DNA of 62,617 nt, the filler included, from Asterionella formosa (lineage: Eukaryota): NCBI GenBank assembly GCA_002256025.1. It is 6 parts of 6 records of this genome, joined end to end, with 100 filler letters (N's around TTAATTAATTAA, not from the genome) between each part and the next. Parts side by side here need not be neighbours in the genome. Positions count along the whole stretch, not along the records: positions 10,469 to 20,836 come from NKIB01009571.1; positions 20,937 to 31,296 come from NKIB01009592.1; 4 more parts are not named here. The stretch is one strand, 5' to 3'. Position 1 is the stretch's first letter. Each line of letters starts with the position of its first letter. The position numbers were made by a program, and so were the translations under genes. The notes under the pieces were generated by a model. The model saw only the letters and a list, made by a program, of their open reading frames with translations, was not told where the DNA came from and searched no databases. Positions 11,411 through 24,213 of the stretch are shown here, in pieces.

Positions 11411-12223
11411 ACTTGACCACTGTTCCAATTCCAAACGGAACAAGAAAGAGGAAGAACGAAGTGGAGGTAGAGGAACTACAACAACAATCAAACATAGTTC
11501 AGAGCACAAGTCGAAAAACATGATGGTGCAGAGCAACAAGAGGAAGAAGAACAACAATCTAACTTATGACCTGTCTCCATTTTCCAAAATATTAACTGCT
11601 TACCATATATTTCTCGAACTTTCAGATGCATCCTTTCTGTACTACTGACAAGGAATAACAAAATAATTGCCTGTCTGTTTTTTCCAGAACCAGCCCGCAA
11701 CAGAGTCCTCGTTGCTTTTCTGGAAGTGAAGAACATGATTCACAGAGTAGGATCATAGTAGCTGTTTAGAATCACACAAGACCTTTTTCTATTTCTTAAC
11801 AAACAATGCATATTCAGTTCAAACGGAGGGCAAAGAACAATCAAGAGAAGGGTATACAGCCACAGTAACCAGAATGCACCACCAGCCAGCTCCTTGTTTC
11901 CAACAATAAGATCCAAAGGGATAACAGCAGAAACAACAGATAGCGACAACGTCAATGACAATGACAACAATAAAAACAACCACAATGCATAATGCATTTT
12001 ACCACGAAAGTGATAATTTGTTCCTTCACCACGTTCTAGCCAGTAGCTGTTTTCCATTAAAAGAAACCTGGCGCGGACGGTCCTCCTCCTATACCTTTGC
12101 TTTGTACTAGCCATGTGTACATTCTACCTGACAACAAATAACAGAATGATAAGAACGGCCCTTAGAGTAGAAAATACCGCCACGGCACCAAGTTCCCACA
12201 ATTCTTTCTATTTCATACTGAAG

Positions 12224-12310
12224 CAAACTGAAACTGAAACTGAAACTGAATATGAATATGAATATGAAAATGAAAATGAAAATGAAAATGAAATGGGAAA
12301 CGGAAACTGA
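12224..12310 (+). repeat. Hexamer microsatellite (GAAACT)/(GAATAT)/(GAAAAT)n
   Basis: Directly visible. Confidence 0.9.
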
Positions 12311-15300
12311 AGCTGTCCAGGGTTTATATGTATTGAATGATCCTTCTAAGATTGGCAGGCCCACCCAGTAGGGGTGAGGTCGGGGGTTCGATACTGTCGA
12401 ATGCCCCGAACTGTATCACGGACTCATAGGTAGGGATTAGGGCTGCAAAGGAACGATTTCCTTCTCTGCACCACCTAATGATAATCCGGCATGATGACAA
12501 CCAGGTAGAATAGGGACCGTCAATAGAAACGGTGTACTCCTTTGAGCGGTACAAGAAGCAAAAGCTCCTGCTAGCAAGAGAAGATACGGGAAGCATGCAA
12601 AACTTCCCCCCCCTACTTAGGATTGCTCATGTATAATTTTTTTGGTTTTTTGTTATTTGATACGAGATACGATACGTGATACTACACCCAGTACCGGTAT
12701 ATATGATACCGGTAGTATAATATACCGGTACTGTACCAGTTACCTACAACGAACATAACGACTGGTATTGTATTGTTAAAGTGAGCTCATCTACGTAGTT
12801 AGGACTCGGAGTCAAACGAGTCAACCAATTCGAATGAGTCAACTTTGATGTACCAAGCTCTCATCAACCACACATTATATCTTGTTACTCCGACTATAAT
12901 GAGCCGGACAATATAAGCTATTTCGGAAGACCGATAGTTTGAAATGAATGATCATGGTTAAAAATCTATGATCAGTAAGTGTGAGATAGACATGGGTCTA
13001 TCTATGATTGTATGTTCCTAGAAATGCAAACAGCATTTGGAGAATAGTTCGTTTGTTTTGTTCAAACAGAACAACAACCTAAACTAGATTAGTAAACTCA
13101 CAATAACAATATAGAAACGGAAAGAGAAACGAACATCTCTATCTATAGTCTTCTTTGTCTAACGATATAGATCTATACAAAAGGTAATACTTTAACATTG
13201 TATGCTAGTATTGTAGTTCTTCTTTTTATCATTCTACTTTTTTCCATGATTGTTTATCATATTTTATATTTTATTGCTTCCACGGAATTACGATCATCGT
13301 TCAACAACAATGGACACAATATTTGATTACGATGACGATGACAATGACGATGACGACGATGACATACACAGCAAGGCAAACATAATGGCTCAAGCACAAA
13401 GATAATGATATGATTGCTCAACAGCCAGCCCAGCCCAGCCCAGCCACAACAAATTTGAAGGACTGTCAACTGCTGATCTGCCTGAAATACTTTGCAAGTA
13501 GCAATGATCTTTGGTAGAAGCTGGCTCAGCCGCATCGAGCGCGTTGGTGTAACAGTAACAGTAGCTATCATGATGATTGTGTTCTTGCTTCCACGAAGTT
13601 CTAATGATAATCGGTGTAATTGAGTTGTGATACATATCGGTACGAATATTCAAAACAAATGAATCGGTTATTTCACAACAGGTTTCTATTTTCTACTCAG
13701 GTATTATGTAATATTTAGGGTCATACAACTCTGTTCATCGGTTTATGGTTGCTGTAGATTGTAGATTGTCGAAGTGTATACTGTCATGGTAGTAGTGAGA
13801 AGATACTCACAAGCAACAATTGGCATGGGCCATGACAGGTCATCTTGAATACCGGTAGGCTTTTTCTTCATACAGCTCCAGAACAAGGCTCTGCGAGGCC
13901 AAGTTCGGAGCACCATACCGGTAGTAATTGATCTGATCTGATTTGCTTTGACTTGATTTGCATTGTCTACTGAGTTTGCCAAACTGCCAAACTCACTCAG
14001 CATTGACATTCTTTCCAATAATTGAATCGGCACTAACGCAGATATAGTAATCGTATTTCCATTGACACCACGCTGATCCCCTTGATGTCCCGGTAATTTC
14101 AATTCAAACAACATACAACCCCTCCTAAGAATACAATGGTTTCAAACAAAAGCCATTGATATCTCCGAATAGCTACCCTGTTGCTTGCTTGCTTGATTAA
14201 TTGTTCTGTTTTCAGTCATATTGAATTCTTCAATGAATCGTTGAGATTCAAAGCAAATTTCATCAACGAGGACATTTGTATTTGCGGGCTCATCTTGATT
14301 GAGTTTTGGCTTTTGGCCGCAGTCTTTCCATGCTCGAGGAAAGAATCGGAGACATTCTTGGCGGCAACTGCATAACGCATCACGCATAACGGTAGTGTAA
14401 CTCCTCTTGTTGCTCATACCGGTAGTTTCTTTGGGTTCGCCTATTCCCTGCAATTTTTGCTTTTTTCATTTGACAATAAAGAATCTTTCTTTTGGCTAGA
14501 TTCCTTTGAGAAGGTCCAGCTGATAACTTTCGCCATATATCAGTCTCAGTCTCGACTATATTTCGCGAAAGCGAAACACCACGTCATTAAAATGGAAGCT
14601 CCTCCTGCATATTTTCTGGTACCGGTAGTACCAGTAGGGCGTTGTTTGGTTTGCAGAAAATCTATACCGGTGCTTGAACAAACATTTCTGGGATAGTTGT
14701 TGGCTGGTGCGAAAAATTGTCAAAATTGTCAAAACTGTCGACATTTGTGCTTTTGTCGGTAACGAATCAATCAGTGAGACAATGCAATGCAATGAAATGT
14801 TCCTTGCCTAAGTAATGTGAATATGAATATGAATGTGAATGTGAATGTGAATTTTTGCACAGTCACAGTAGAGCAAGGGGATTGATTGAATTGTTTGAAG
14901 GATTGCCGTGAAGGAGGCATGTGAGAGTCCAAGAAAAGTGTGGAGATGGAGCAACAAATATTTGTCTTTTCACCTGGTCGTGCGTTGCAAGACCCATTGG
15001 CATTGGCATTGGCCAGTCTCGTTCTCGGTGTCGGTCTCGCTATTTTTTGTTGCAAGTAGACGACCATCAAAAGGTTTCGTACAAATCGACATGAAGGTTC
15101 ATGTTCATATTCCACCAAGTTTGTAGTTTGTTTTTATGTTGTGAGCCAGAGCGATATTTCCCTGATTCCTAAGCATCAAAGTGCAGAACGGTATGTTTGG
15201 TAAGACTGGCTTGATCATTCTGAGTGATGGTTTCCGACATGGAAGGGATTACAAGTACCGGTAGAGGCTCCGACATAAATGAAATGAGGAATGTTCCGTG

Positions 15301-16067
15301 GATAACTGATAACTATATGCCTTGATCTTTGGTCTCAAGTCTATTATAGACCGTTGATCTATTGGATTGTATTGAATTGGATCATCAATTCACTGGATGG
15401 CTTGGCTCATTGCTGACCATTATTTAAAATCTAATTTCAGATTTCAGATTCCAGATCAGAACCTTCATCAGTCGAACCGTCAACCGGACAGGCAGTCGGC
15501 AGTCGGCAGAGAAGGGTGTGTCGAACAGTCATCGATCCCCAGGTCTTCCGTCGAGTCACACCCTCGTATTTGATTCAATTCTGATACCGGTAGGCGATAA
15601 AAGAATATAGCGTCGATGTGGTAGACAAAGGACAGCGGTGAGGCCGTCGACAGAACCTCATGGTGTTTTAATTCAACAAGAACAGAAGTGTGTGTGATCT
15701 GGTCTGTAAGATATGAATACCACAACGGTACGTGGTACTGTACGGCAATTCGAATGTCGTCCTGACGCTCCCCAGCCTGGTACCAGGTACCAGGTACCTG
15801 GTACCCGTCGCGGTATTTTCTACTGGAAGTTCCGATACCACTAATCGAGATATTTAGCTTGATCTTGCTTTTCCTATCTAAGGAAAAGCCGTGTTTCTTT
15901 TACCGGCGGACCTTCTTTGGCTAATCTACAGTTATTCGTCGTACCGGTAGACGTCTACCAGTGACTAACGGTGTCGGATATACATATGTACTGTACTGTA
16001 CTGTACTGTGCCTGTTGGAGTTCCACTGAGTGACACTCCCTGCTATGCAGTACCAGGTACCTGGTAC

Positions 16068-16355
16068 TTTTCAACGCACTATGCATATTACCGAACGAAT
16101 TAATATTCGTCGGATCAAACCTTTTCATAGGTAAAAGGTTTTCCCTCAAGTGTGGGAGAGTGAGCAATCCTGCACATCGATACAGATATATATAGAGTTG
16201 GGGTTATGTCAAATATATCGGAATTCAATAATGAGAGAACTCGACTAACACCCATCCTATACTTTGATGTCAGTTCAGGAAATGAGTTATACATAAGGAT
16301 TAATTAATAAGCTCATATATTCAACAAATACTACTACTTCTAGTTAGATACTTCA
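16068..16355 (+). mobile_element. Gypsy remnant: 3' internal end, polypurine tract and LTR (LTR 16161-16355, TG...CA)
   Basis: Reverse complement of 31865-32132. GGGAGAG PPT lies immediately before TGAGCAATCC, and the LTR ends TAGTTAGATACTTCA. Confidence 0.85.
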
Positions 16356-16987
16356 CCAGGTACCGGAATTCCCCGGTCAGCCAACCCAGCAGCAGCAGAC
16401 AATGATGTACTCGGAGTAAAGTTGTTGGTCGTCAAGGGACGAATTCCCCTGAATTCGTTCTTACGCACCTCTTTTTTGCACAACATTCGCACTTGAAATT
16501 GCGCATAAAATCCACAGGGCGCTTTTCATGGCGGCGGGGTTTGACAAATTGAATCAGCAAAAGATGCTCGATGCACGATGCTCGATACAAGGACCAAGTC
16601 TGAATTTCTCGTTTGAATCCTTCCATGAATTCAAATTCTTCCATTCACTCAAATTGCTGCGCTAACTCCTCCTCCTCCTCCGCCTCCTCCGCCTCCTCCT
16701 CCTCCTTGTCCTGTCGCCTTGACAGAGGCTGCTCTAATGCTACCGGTATTATAGTCGAATACGCGAGCGTGCGGTCACATCAGCTCTTCAGCTTCCATGG
16801 GAAATCTCGATATTATGTGTCCATCTCTATCCATTGTATGTATCAAAATGGTTCCATTATATTACCATCGCCGGGTAGCGAAGTGTCCAAGGCCTCCTAT
16901 CAACAACTGTTCAACAAATATGTAATTCAAGTTGGAACATGGGAACACAAGAAGAGCAGGATGTGGTACGAGATGATTATTTCGTGA

Positions 16988-17135
16988 GATCTGATATCAT
17001 TTCATCTGATCTGATCTGTTTTCATTTTCTTTTCATTTCATCTCATCTCGTCTCATCTGATTTCATTTCTTTTCATGTCATCTCATCTCGTCTCATCTGA
17101 TCTGATTTCAATTCATTTTATTATATTTCATCTGC
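16988..17135 (+). repeat. Low-complexity pentamer array (TCATC/TCTGA/TTTCA)
   Basis: Directly visible. Confidence 0.8.
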
Positions 17136-17949
17136 TCACTATTTGAGTTTTTGATGAACAGTGTAGGTACCCGATCAAAAGCCTATTCGATACTTGTACG
17201 CCCGGTCGGTTCATTGAACTCTGGAGATTACGTTGACATAGACAAACTCAACCAATGTCTGGTTGGAAAAAAGCACACCTTCGGGGATTTTTTTCCCTCT
17301 TATTGAAAATATTTATACGTTGGTTCCCTGGGAGATCGCGGCGGGTGAGAAACTGTTGTCTGCCACCAAGCCTGTTGGTGCCCAGTTTTTAAATTAAATC
17401 ATTACGGTCGCTAAGGGCTTGAATCGCAACAAGTGTTGTTCACTATATTCGTGTCTAAAACCCTAAAACCCACTGATGATGATTATGTCATTCCAGACTA
17501 CCGGTACCAGTATTTCGAAGTGTACAAATATTCGTTACCGACTAATGCAAATGAATGCAAATGCACATACAATGCAGAATGCAGAGATGAATATAAGATG
17601 TAAGATGTAGCTATAGAGTCACTATAATGAAATAACTCCAATCGTTCTATAGCTATAGCTTCTATAAGACAAAAAAATCGTCACATCCGAACATAAGTTA
17701 ATGCCTTCTACTATAATACAAAGTAGTCATCAACAAAAAGAAAAGCTTCATAGTTGTAATTCGCCGCCTCATTGGTTTGTGAGAACGGTCTACCTGTTGT
17801 GAGATCAGACCAGAAGAAGACAATTGAACTCGAGGGCATACCCCCGTAGGGGGTACTGGGTCCCAAACCAGTTGTTACTTGAATGATCGAGTGTGTCTTC
17901 TAAGGAAACATTTCACAGCGAGCAAACCGAACTTGATAGAATTTCATGT

Positions 17950-19072
17950 CGTTGTTGTTGTTCTTGTTTTTGCTGTATTTGTTGTTTTGGTTCTTCATTT
18001 AGTAGTTTTGTTCGGTTCAAGTGGTGCAGACAGTACATTTACAATAGCATTCACGCTGACATCTTTCATACAAACTTGCCTTCTGTCTTCATTGTCGGAA
18101 ATGTATTTAGCAACCTTTGTCGCAACCACACCATCTAGCATAGCCTTGATCTCCATCTTTCTTTATTTCCATGATTTGCGACAAAAGTAGCTTTGTCGTA
18201 ATCACACCATCCAGCATTGTCTTGATCTTTGTCCTTCTTAAATTCCATGCCTCACAATCAAAGTAGCAAATCAAGAACCATACATCGTCTTGTCGCATGT
18301 GACGATCCTTGGCTGGCCTGTAATCCACCCAATAGTTCGTATGTAGAGGACGAGGATGAGATGACCCCCTATAGACTTTCGGAGCAGCAGAAACAGAGCT
18401 TGCTTTCACGTTCACTTGAGGTACCATTCCGTCTCCATGTGCATAGTAGGGATGCAGGGAGACAGTCGGCAGCCATGTAAGCTTGAATACTTTCGCTGGC
18501 GAAACTTCGGCGGGATGCTCACTGAGACGAGGGGATTTCATATTTTGTACAGCAGGGTGAGAACAAATTGATGACTTTGTACTTTTCAGCACAAGGTCTG
18601 GCATCGCATTTACAATAGAAGTCACACTGGCATCCTTAATACAAACTTTTGTTTTGCCTTCATTGTCGGAAATGTATTTAGCAACCTTTGTCGTAACCAC
18701 ACCATCTAGCATATCCTTGACCTTCTTCTTTCTTGATTCCCTTCTATTGCAATAAAACTTCAGAGGGAACACTACCAAAGCCTTGATACAATATCTCTTT
18801 TTCAGAACAAACACAAAAAAGGCCAAAACGAAGATCCATTTCTCAATTCTCCCAAACAATTCTTCAAACACTTCCCCCAACACAACACCTGACACAAAAC
18901 TCAACACTTCCGCCAAATCTACCCCCAACATGAGCAACACTTCAACTTGCCCCAACCTGGCCCTCGACCCATGTGCCAAAAAATACGACAAGAACGAAGC
19001 CCCTGACAAGACAAACACAAACACATACCCAAGTACTTGCACCAACAACGTGGTCCCCGACACATTGGACAA
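17950..19072 (-). pseudogene. Hypothetical membrane protein with an internally repeated domain; frameshifted near its 3' end
   Basis: The 321-aa ORF 18107-19072 has a hydrophobic N-terminus. The MLDGV(V/I)xTK motif occurs three times at DNA level. CATTGTCGGAAATGTATTTAGCAACCTTTGTCG is shared by ~18090 and ~18661, but the ~18090 copy is out of frame. Confidence 0.4.
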
Positions 19073-19491
19073 TCAGTGTGGGAGGATTAAATATTACTAC
19101 CTGAAAAATTTTCGTCTCTGTTGGGAATGTGATTTTTCATACAACAGTTTAGATAAACCATCAATCAAATGCTCTCCAGTAGGGCAAGTGGGTTATGCTG
19201 CCCTATTAGGAATGAACGACAAAACACTAATGGATGCTGTGTCACAACGTTTTATTACACCTTGCTGGTATGCATTGGATTTTGGTGGAGATCCATTGGG
19301 AATTAATGCATCATGGCCATTGCCCTCCTGAAAAGTTGCACTCAATACATGAGGGAATGATGAGTTATCTCATTCTTCTGTTCTCGGTAAAGTTGGGCAC
19401 TGTTACCTCTGCTCAGGGGGTGAAAAATAGAACCGCTTTTGATACATTTTTCATAGAAGTGTCAAAGATGATGCAACATCAAAGCGATCAG

Positions 19492-20039
19492 GCTATTTCG
19501 ACGGCTATATGAGCAACGCTACTGATAACTCACACTGATCTTCCTCTATATTCAATTTACATTGCAGCAAACCCTTTCAATTCAGAAGCATTCGGATGAA
19601 ATCCAGGATTGAGTATTGTTGCTTTCTGATTCTGTGTTAATGTCATATGATAACAGGGCTCCGTAAATTATGAGTTGTTAGTGTGCCTTGGCGTGCTATT
19701 TGTCATGCTGCCAGCTGCTCCTGTATTTCTACTGAATTATTGAACGACTATGTGAATCTTTATGTGCCAGCAGCTACCTTGACTCAAATAAAAGAACTCT
19801 GCAATACAGTTGAATGGTGAGTGTGTTTTTGTTGTGTACCTAAATGCTAGTATGGCTTGTCAGCACACACATTGTTGTTAACAGCAGGCAGGGACAATGA
19901 GGTCCGGAATGAAAGTTGTTCTGGTAAGATTACTGCGCTATTTTGACGGCTATATGAGCAACGCTACTGATAACTCACACTGATCTTCCTCTACATTCAA
20001 ATGAAATTGCAGCAAACCCTTTCAGTGCAGGAGCATTCG
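19492..20039 (+). repeat. Pair of ~103-bp direct repeats (19492-19594, 19937-20039)
   Basis: GACGGCTATATGAGCAACGCTACTGATAACTCACACTGATCTTCCTCTA is identical in both. Confidence 0.9.
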
Positions 20040-20583
20040 CATGGTGTTCCAAATGAGCAGGCCTTATTTCATTAATGAAACTCTTTAATTTAGTTGAATT
20101 ACCTGCAGTAAAATAGTATGATGAATGTATAGATTATATATAGTTGAAGTTGACGACAATCCCATGATGCATCAAGAAAACAAGTGTGACTAGTGTCAGT
20201 TTTAACAAAAGATCGTCGTTGGATTGCTGAATGTAAAACAACCATTTCATGCGAAAATTTGTACATGATAATTTTATAGGAGGGCACAAGCATTTTAATG
20301 CAGCCGGCCACGCAGGTGATAGTGAAACAACGGTCAAACAGAGGGCCCATCGAGTTACATTACTAACACTACTAACCTTGTTCCTGTTCATTTTCAACCG
20401 GCGTGGAAATTCAACACGGAGTGACAATATTTTCTGGCAACACGAAGAAAAATTTGTTCAGTAATAATCTCTATAATACGGTGCTTTTCTCTACAATTCG
20501 CAACATTTCCGTTCACAAATATTCTTCACTCTGACTATCATTAATTCTGTTAGTTTGCTCCCATTTTATCTTTACTTTGATCA

Positions 20584-20825
20584 CATTAACACCTCAAGGT
20601 TAAATAAATATATATGCTAGTCAAACAAATAATTAGTGTAACCAATCAACGTTTAAATTAAATTCTAGCTACAATCGCAAAATCAATCAAATTAATCGCT
20701 TCGCTATAAAGTTTATATTGATACTTTCTATAGAACGTGATTCTCTAACCAATACGACAAGCAATGGATGTTCATTCTTGGAGCTGGATGCTGTAACGAT
20801 TTGCAAGATTGCCTGGCTACTCATA
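20584..20825 (+). repeat. ~240-bp direct repeat at the end of contig 2 (partner 10469-10711)
   Basis: See the partner copy. Confidence 0.9.
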
Positions 20826-20836
20826 CTAAAACTTTC

Positions 20837-20936
20837 NNNNNNNNNNNNNNNNNNNNNNNNNNNNNNNNNNNNNNNNNNNNTTAATTAATTAANNNNNNNN
20901 NNNNNNNNNNNNNNNNNNNNNNNNNNNNNNNNNNNN
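20837..20936. other. Artificial contig linker
   Basis: N44-TTAATTAATTAA-N44. Confidence 0.97.
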
Positions 20937-23241
20937 CTAGCATCCTTATGATTGTGATACTGTACAACCTGATCAACAAGGGTTCCAGTGATGCTTTGGC
21001 TCAAGTTTTGTCCGGATGGGGGAATGAAAGAGACTGGTTGATTATTGTTTGCTTCTCTTTGCAAATTTGATACTTGTCAGTTGAATTTCCGGATGGAGCT
21101 ACAAGTTAAAGTTCGATGGACTCAACCTTATTCAGAAACAGTTTTTTGGTTTGTAGCGATATAGACAAAGCATTCATCCCAAGCTTTCGACGCCAGATCA
21201 ACAGTGCCATCCTTTTCAACAGAGCCTTTCTTTTGGGTGAGTAAGTGTCTCATGCATTTCGTGAGTTGGATATTTAAACTTGAATATTTCATCAAGGTAG
21301 AAATCGATGAGGTAGTATGTGGTCCTGCCAAAGACTTTGAATCATTTAGTTTCATAGTAGCAGGTATTAGTTGCCTTTCCCGCCTGATTTAGCCTCAGCA
21401 AATGGTACTGGACTATAGATTTTGTTAGCCAAGCCAGTGTAGCAAAGTTATTAGTCTTTCAAGTTTCTAATTCCATGTCTAATTTTCTTAAATAAGTGAC
21501 ACTACAGTCTTATCCAAAGATTAGGTATCTCCTTGTATTTTTGGATGGTTGAGGCTGTGTTCTTGCTGTAGGTTTCATTGTTGTTAATGAGATGAATGAG
21601 ATTTACTTTATTTTGCGGTATGTCAGAAGCAATTTCTGCTGTGAATTATGGTCTCTGACATGTAAATGTGGCTCGATTTTTTGGCCTTCAAGAAATATTG
21701 CATTCATTTACTAAGAGTGACTAGTTGATTCATTTACTGCTATAGTACATGGTCCACAGCAGTTAAACACAACTAAATATTGATCAGATGTTAAAATTTC
21801 TACACAAATGTATAGGAATTGTAACTACCCAAAAAAGGGGCTATGAAGCTTTAGAAGAATTACGAGGGATAACTGGTGCCACTTCTCTCCAGAAATGAGG
21901 TCCTTACAATATCTGAATATAGATCACACCCCCCCCCCCCCAGTCAAGCAATGACTGTATGTACTGTGTAGATTGAGGTGCATCATAAAATTATGTTGGA
22001 AAAAACAGACCTCACGATGTGTAACTGCAGGGCCGCAACCTTAAAAGTTACTGCCATGGTCATTTGAAAGTCACTACCCAGTAGCTTTGCCGTGTTAGTT
22101 GATTTTTCGGGGAATCAAATCAAGTTTGACCGATTATTGCTATGAAGTAGTCTTAAAAAGTGCTATAGGGTTTTATTGACAAGCCTCATCAAAAAACTCG
22201 GGGAAACTAGAAAAATAAGTTTTAGCTTTAACAACGATTCCGGAAAACTGGAAAAATTTGACTACGGTCATTGTTGCGTGTGAATGATCCTCTATTGGTT
22301 GTATGGGTTTTTTGGTTGTCTCCACTCTTATGTACCATGTACCCGGTTCTCGGAGTAGCAGCGAAAAAAGGGTCAAAATCCCGGAAAATTTATTATGACC
22401 GATACCAGGTACATGATGTACAGGATATGGTACCAGGTACCAGGTTACCAATTACCTCACCCCTGGTATGTCATGTAAAGCAAAACGACTTGCTAACCGT
22501 TGAATAGGATCACTACCGGTATGTGCCAACTGATTTTACTCAGATACGAATGCAGGCGCTAAATACCGGAACAGCTTTCCATAATAACCTATATGTGCAT
22601 ATCTCGGTATAGATAAATAAATCCCTGGTACCAGAGAACCATGTACCGGCATGGTAAATGAAGCTACCAGGCACCGACATGTACCTTGCATGCTACTCCG
22701 ATTTCTTTTTGCAGCTCGTCGTCCCAGCGTTATTTATAGTATGTATCTAGGAGATGATCCTTTCTTCATGTAGTCATCAACCAAGAATGTTAGTAATAGA
22801 TCAGCACGATTTCATTGGCTGGTCGGTACCTGGTACAATGTATAGGTACGTACTCAACATTCTTTTCAATAGCTGCAAGACTGCAATGGTCATTAACGTC
22901 GGGCAAAAAATTTCGTCGAGTACCAGTAGTCACGTTTGTGATGACATTCAATGACCTATTATATACAAGTGTGATCGGCATCAAAGAAATTTTTGCGGGA
23001 AGGTGGCTACGGTAGCTACAGTCATATTTCATGGTGTTCACCTGAGCAGCCATGGATGTTATAGCTAAAATGCATTGATAACACAGCCCTCTGCAAGCAA
23101 GGCAATTGTATCAAGTTAAAGTAAACGGCAATGTTGACCATATGAAGTGAATAAATATTTTAATTTATATGTAAAGTTTGACTAATGTAATCGTAAAGTC
23201 AAGGTTGTAATTATGTATTTGTGCATGACAAGCATTGTAGC

Positions 23242-24213
23242 TCACCGGCTTTTTGAAGTTTGGACAACGACAGAAATCGGTGATTGGTCTCCAGGAAGAA
23301 CATCCTTCTCGACCAATTGATTGACCTGATGTAGATCTTCGGAAGGCAAAACTTCGTCTTCTTGGTATTGAGCACTCTGACTGTAGACATACCAAAGACG
23401 GTTGCGAACGGATTCAATTCGTTCTGGAGGATACTCTGTACCAGCAGCATCTGTCACAGCTTTCAAGAACGCCTTGTGTTCATCTCGGCTTACAACAGAC
23501 TCATCCATCCCCTCCATAGCATTCAAAAGAGCAGCCACTGCGATAGTAGATCGAGGATGCGTTACAAAGCAATAATCAAAGAGAGAAAGTTCAGCAAAAA
23601 AGATAGCCCGCTGGTAGATGGCTTTATTGACAAGTCCTTGATCCATAGTCGGGAGGAGTTGCCTCAAGTGATTGATAAAGCACTGGGTCGTGGGTGGATG
23701 CATTCGCCAGTTGAGAGTTTGTAAAATAATTCCTTCCATTTCAGCAATGTGTTCAACATCAAATTCACCCCTACTAAGTTCTGCTAAGCTCGTCATTGAT
23801 ATTTCACGCGAGTGAAACAGTTTAGTGGCCATGTACAGGCAGGTCATAGCGGCAAGCTTAAATGCAGTCCGATCACAGGTGCAACGATCGACAAAGCGAT
23901 CCAAAAAGCTAAAGGCAAAACCGATTATGTCACGAGAGGCGTGAAAGTGATCCACCACTCTGAAGCACCATTCACACATCTTTTCACGACAAAATGTATC
24001 AACTTGATTGTCGCCCAGTGATGAATAAGTGCTCGCCGCGGCTGTCTGTCGTCGCAAGATATAGTCATGGCACTTGTACTGAGCGGATCCTTCTTGAAAA
24101 ATCATGACTCGGATCTTTTCCACGAGGTCGTCATTGTCAGTCACACATAGAGGCACACATCGAGATGGCTTCATGCGAATTGACAAGAGAGGAACAGAAG
24201 TTGGTTGTTTCAT
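23242..24213 (-). CDS. Cyclin, diatom-specific cyclin (dsCYC)-like
   Basis: Cyclin box CREKMCEWCFRVVDHF...FSFLDRF...FKLAAMTCLYMATKL...MEGIILQTLNWRMHPPT; C-terminal SPISV. Confidence 0.92.
   Translation of the reverse strand: MKQPTSVPLLSIRMKPSRCVPLCVTDNDDLVEKIRVMIFQEGSAQYKCHDYILRRQTAAASTYSSLGDNQVDTFCREKMCEWCFRVVDHFHASRDIIGFAFSFLDRFVDRCTCDRTAFKLAAMTCLYMATKLFHSREISMTSLAELSRGEFDVEHIAEMEGIILQTLNWRMHPPTTQCFINHLRQLLPTMDQGLVNKAIYQRAIFFAELSLFDYCFVTHPRSTIAVAALLNAMEGMDESVVSRDEHKAFLKAVTDAAGTEYPPERIESVRNRLWYVYSQSAQYQEDEVLPSEDLHQVNQLVEKDVLPGDQSPISVVVQTSKSR

Noticed and set aside
13743..14453. Minus-strand ORFs of 123 and 103 aa as a gene
   Set aside because: No recognisable domain or convincing splice model; possibly a pseudogene, but not supportable.
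18783..19331. 182-aa plus-strand Asn/Thr-rich ORF
   Set aside because: It is largely the antisense shadow of the hydrophobic minus-strand ORF.
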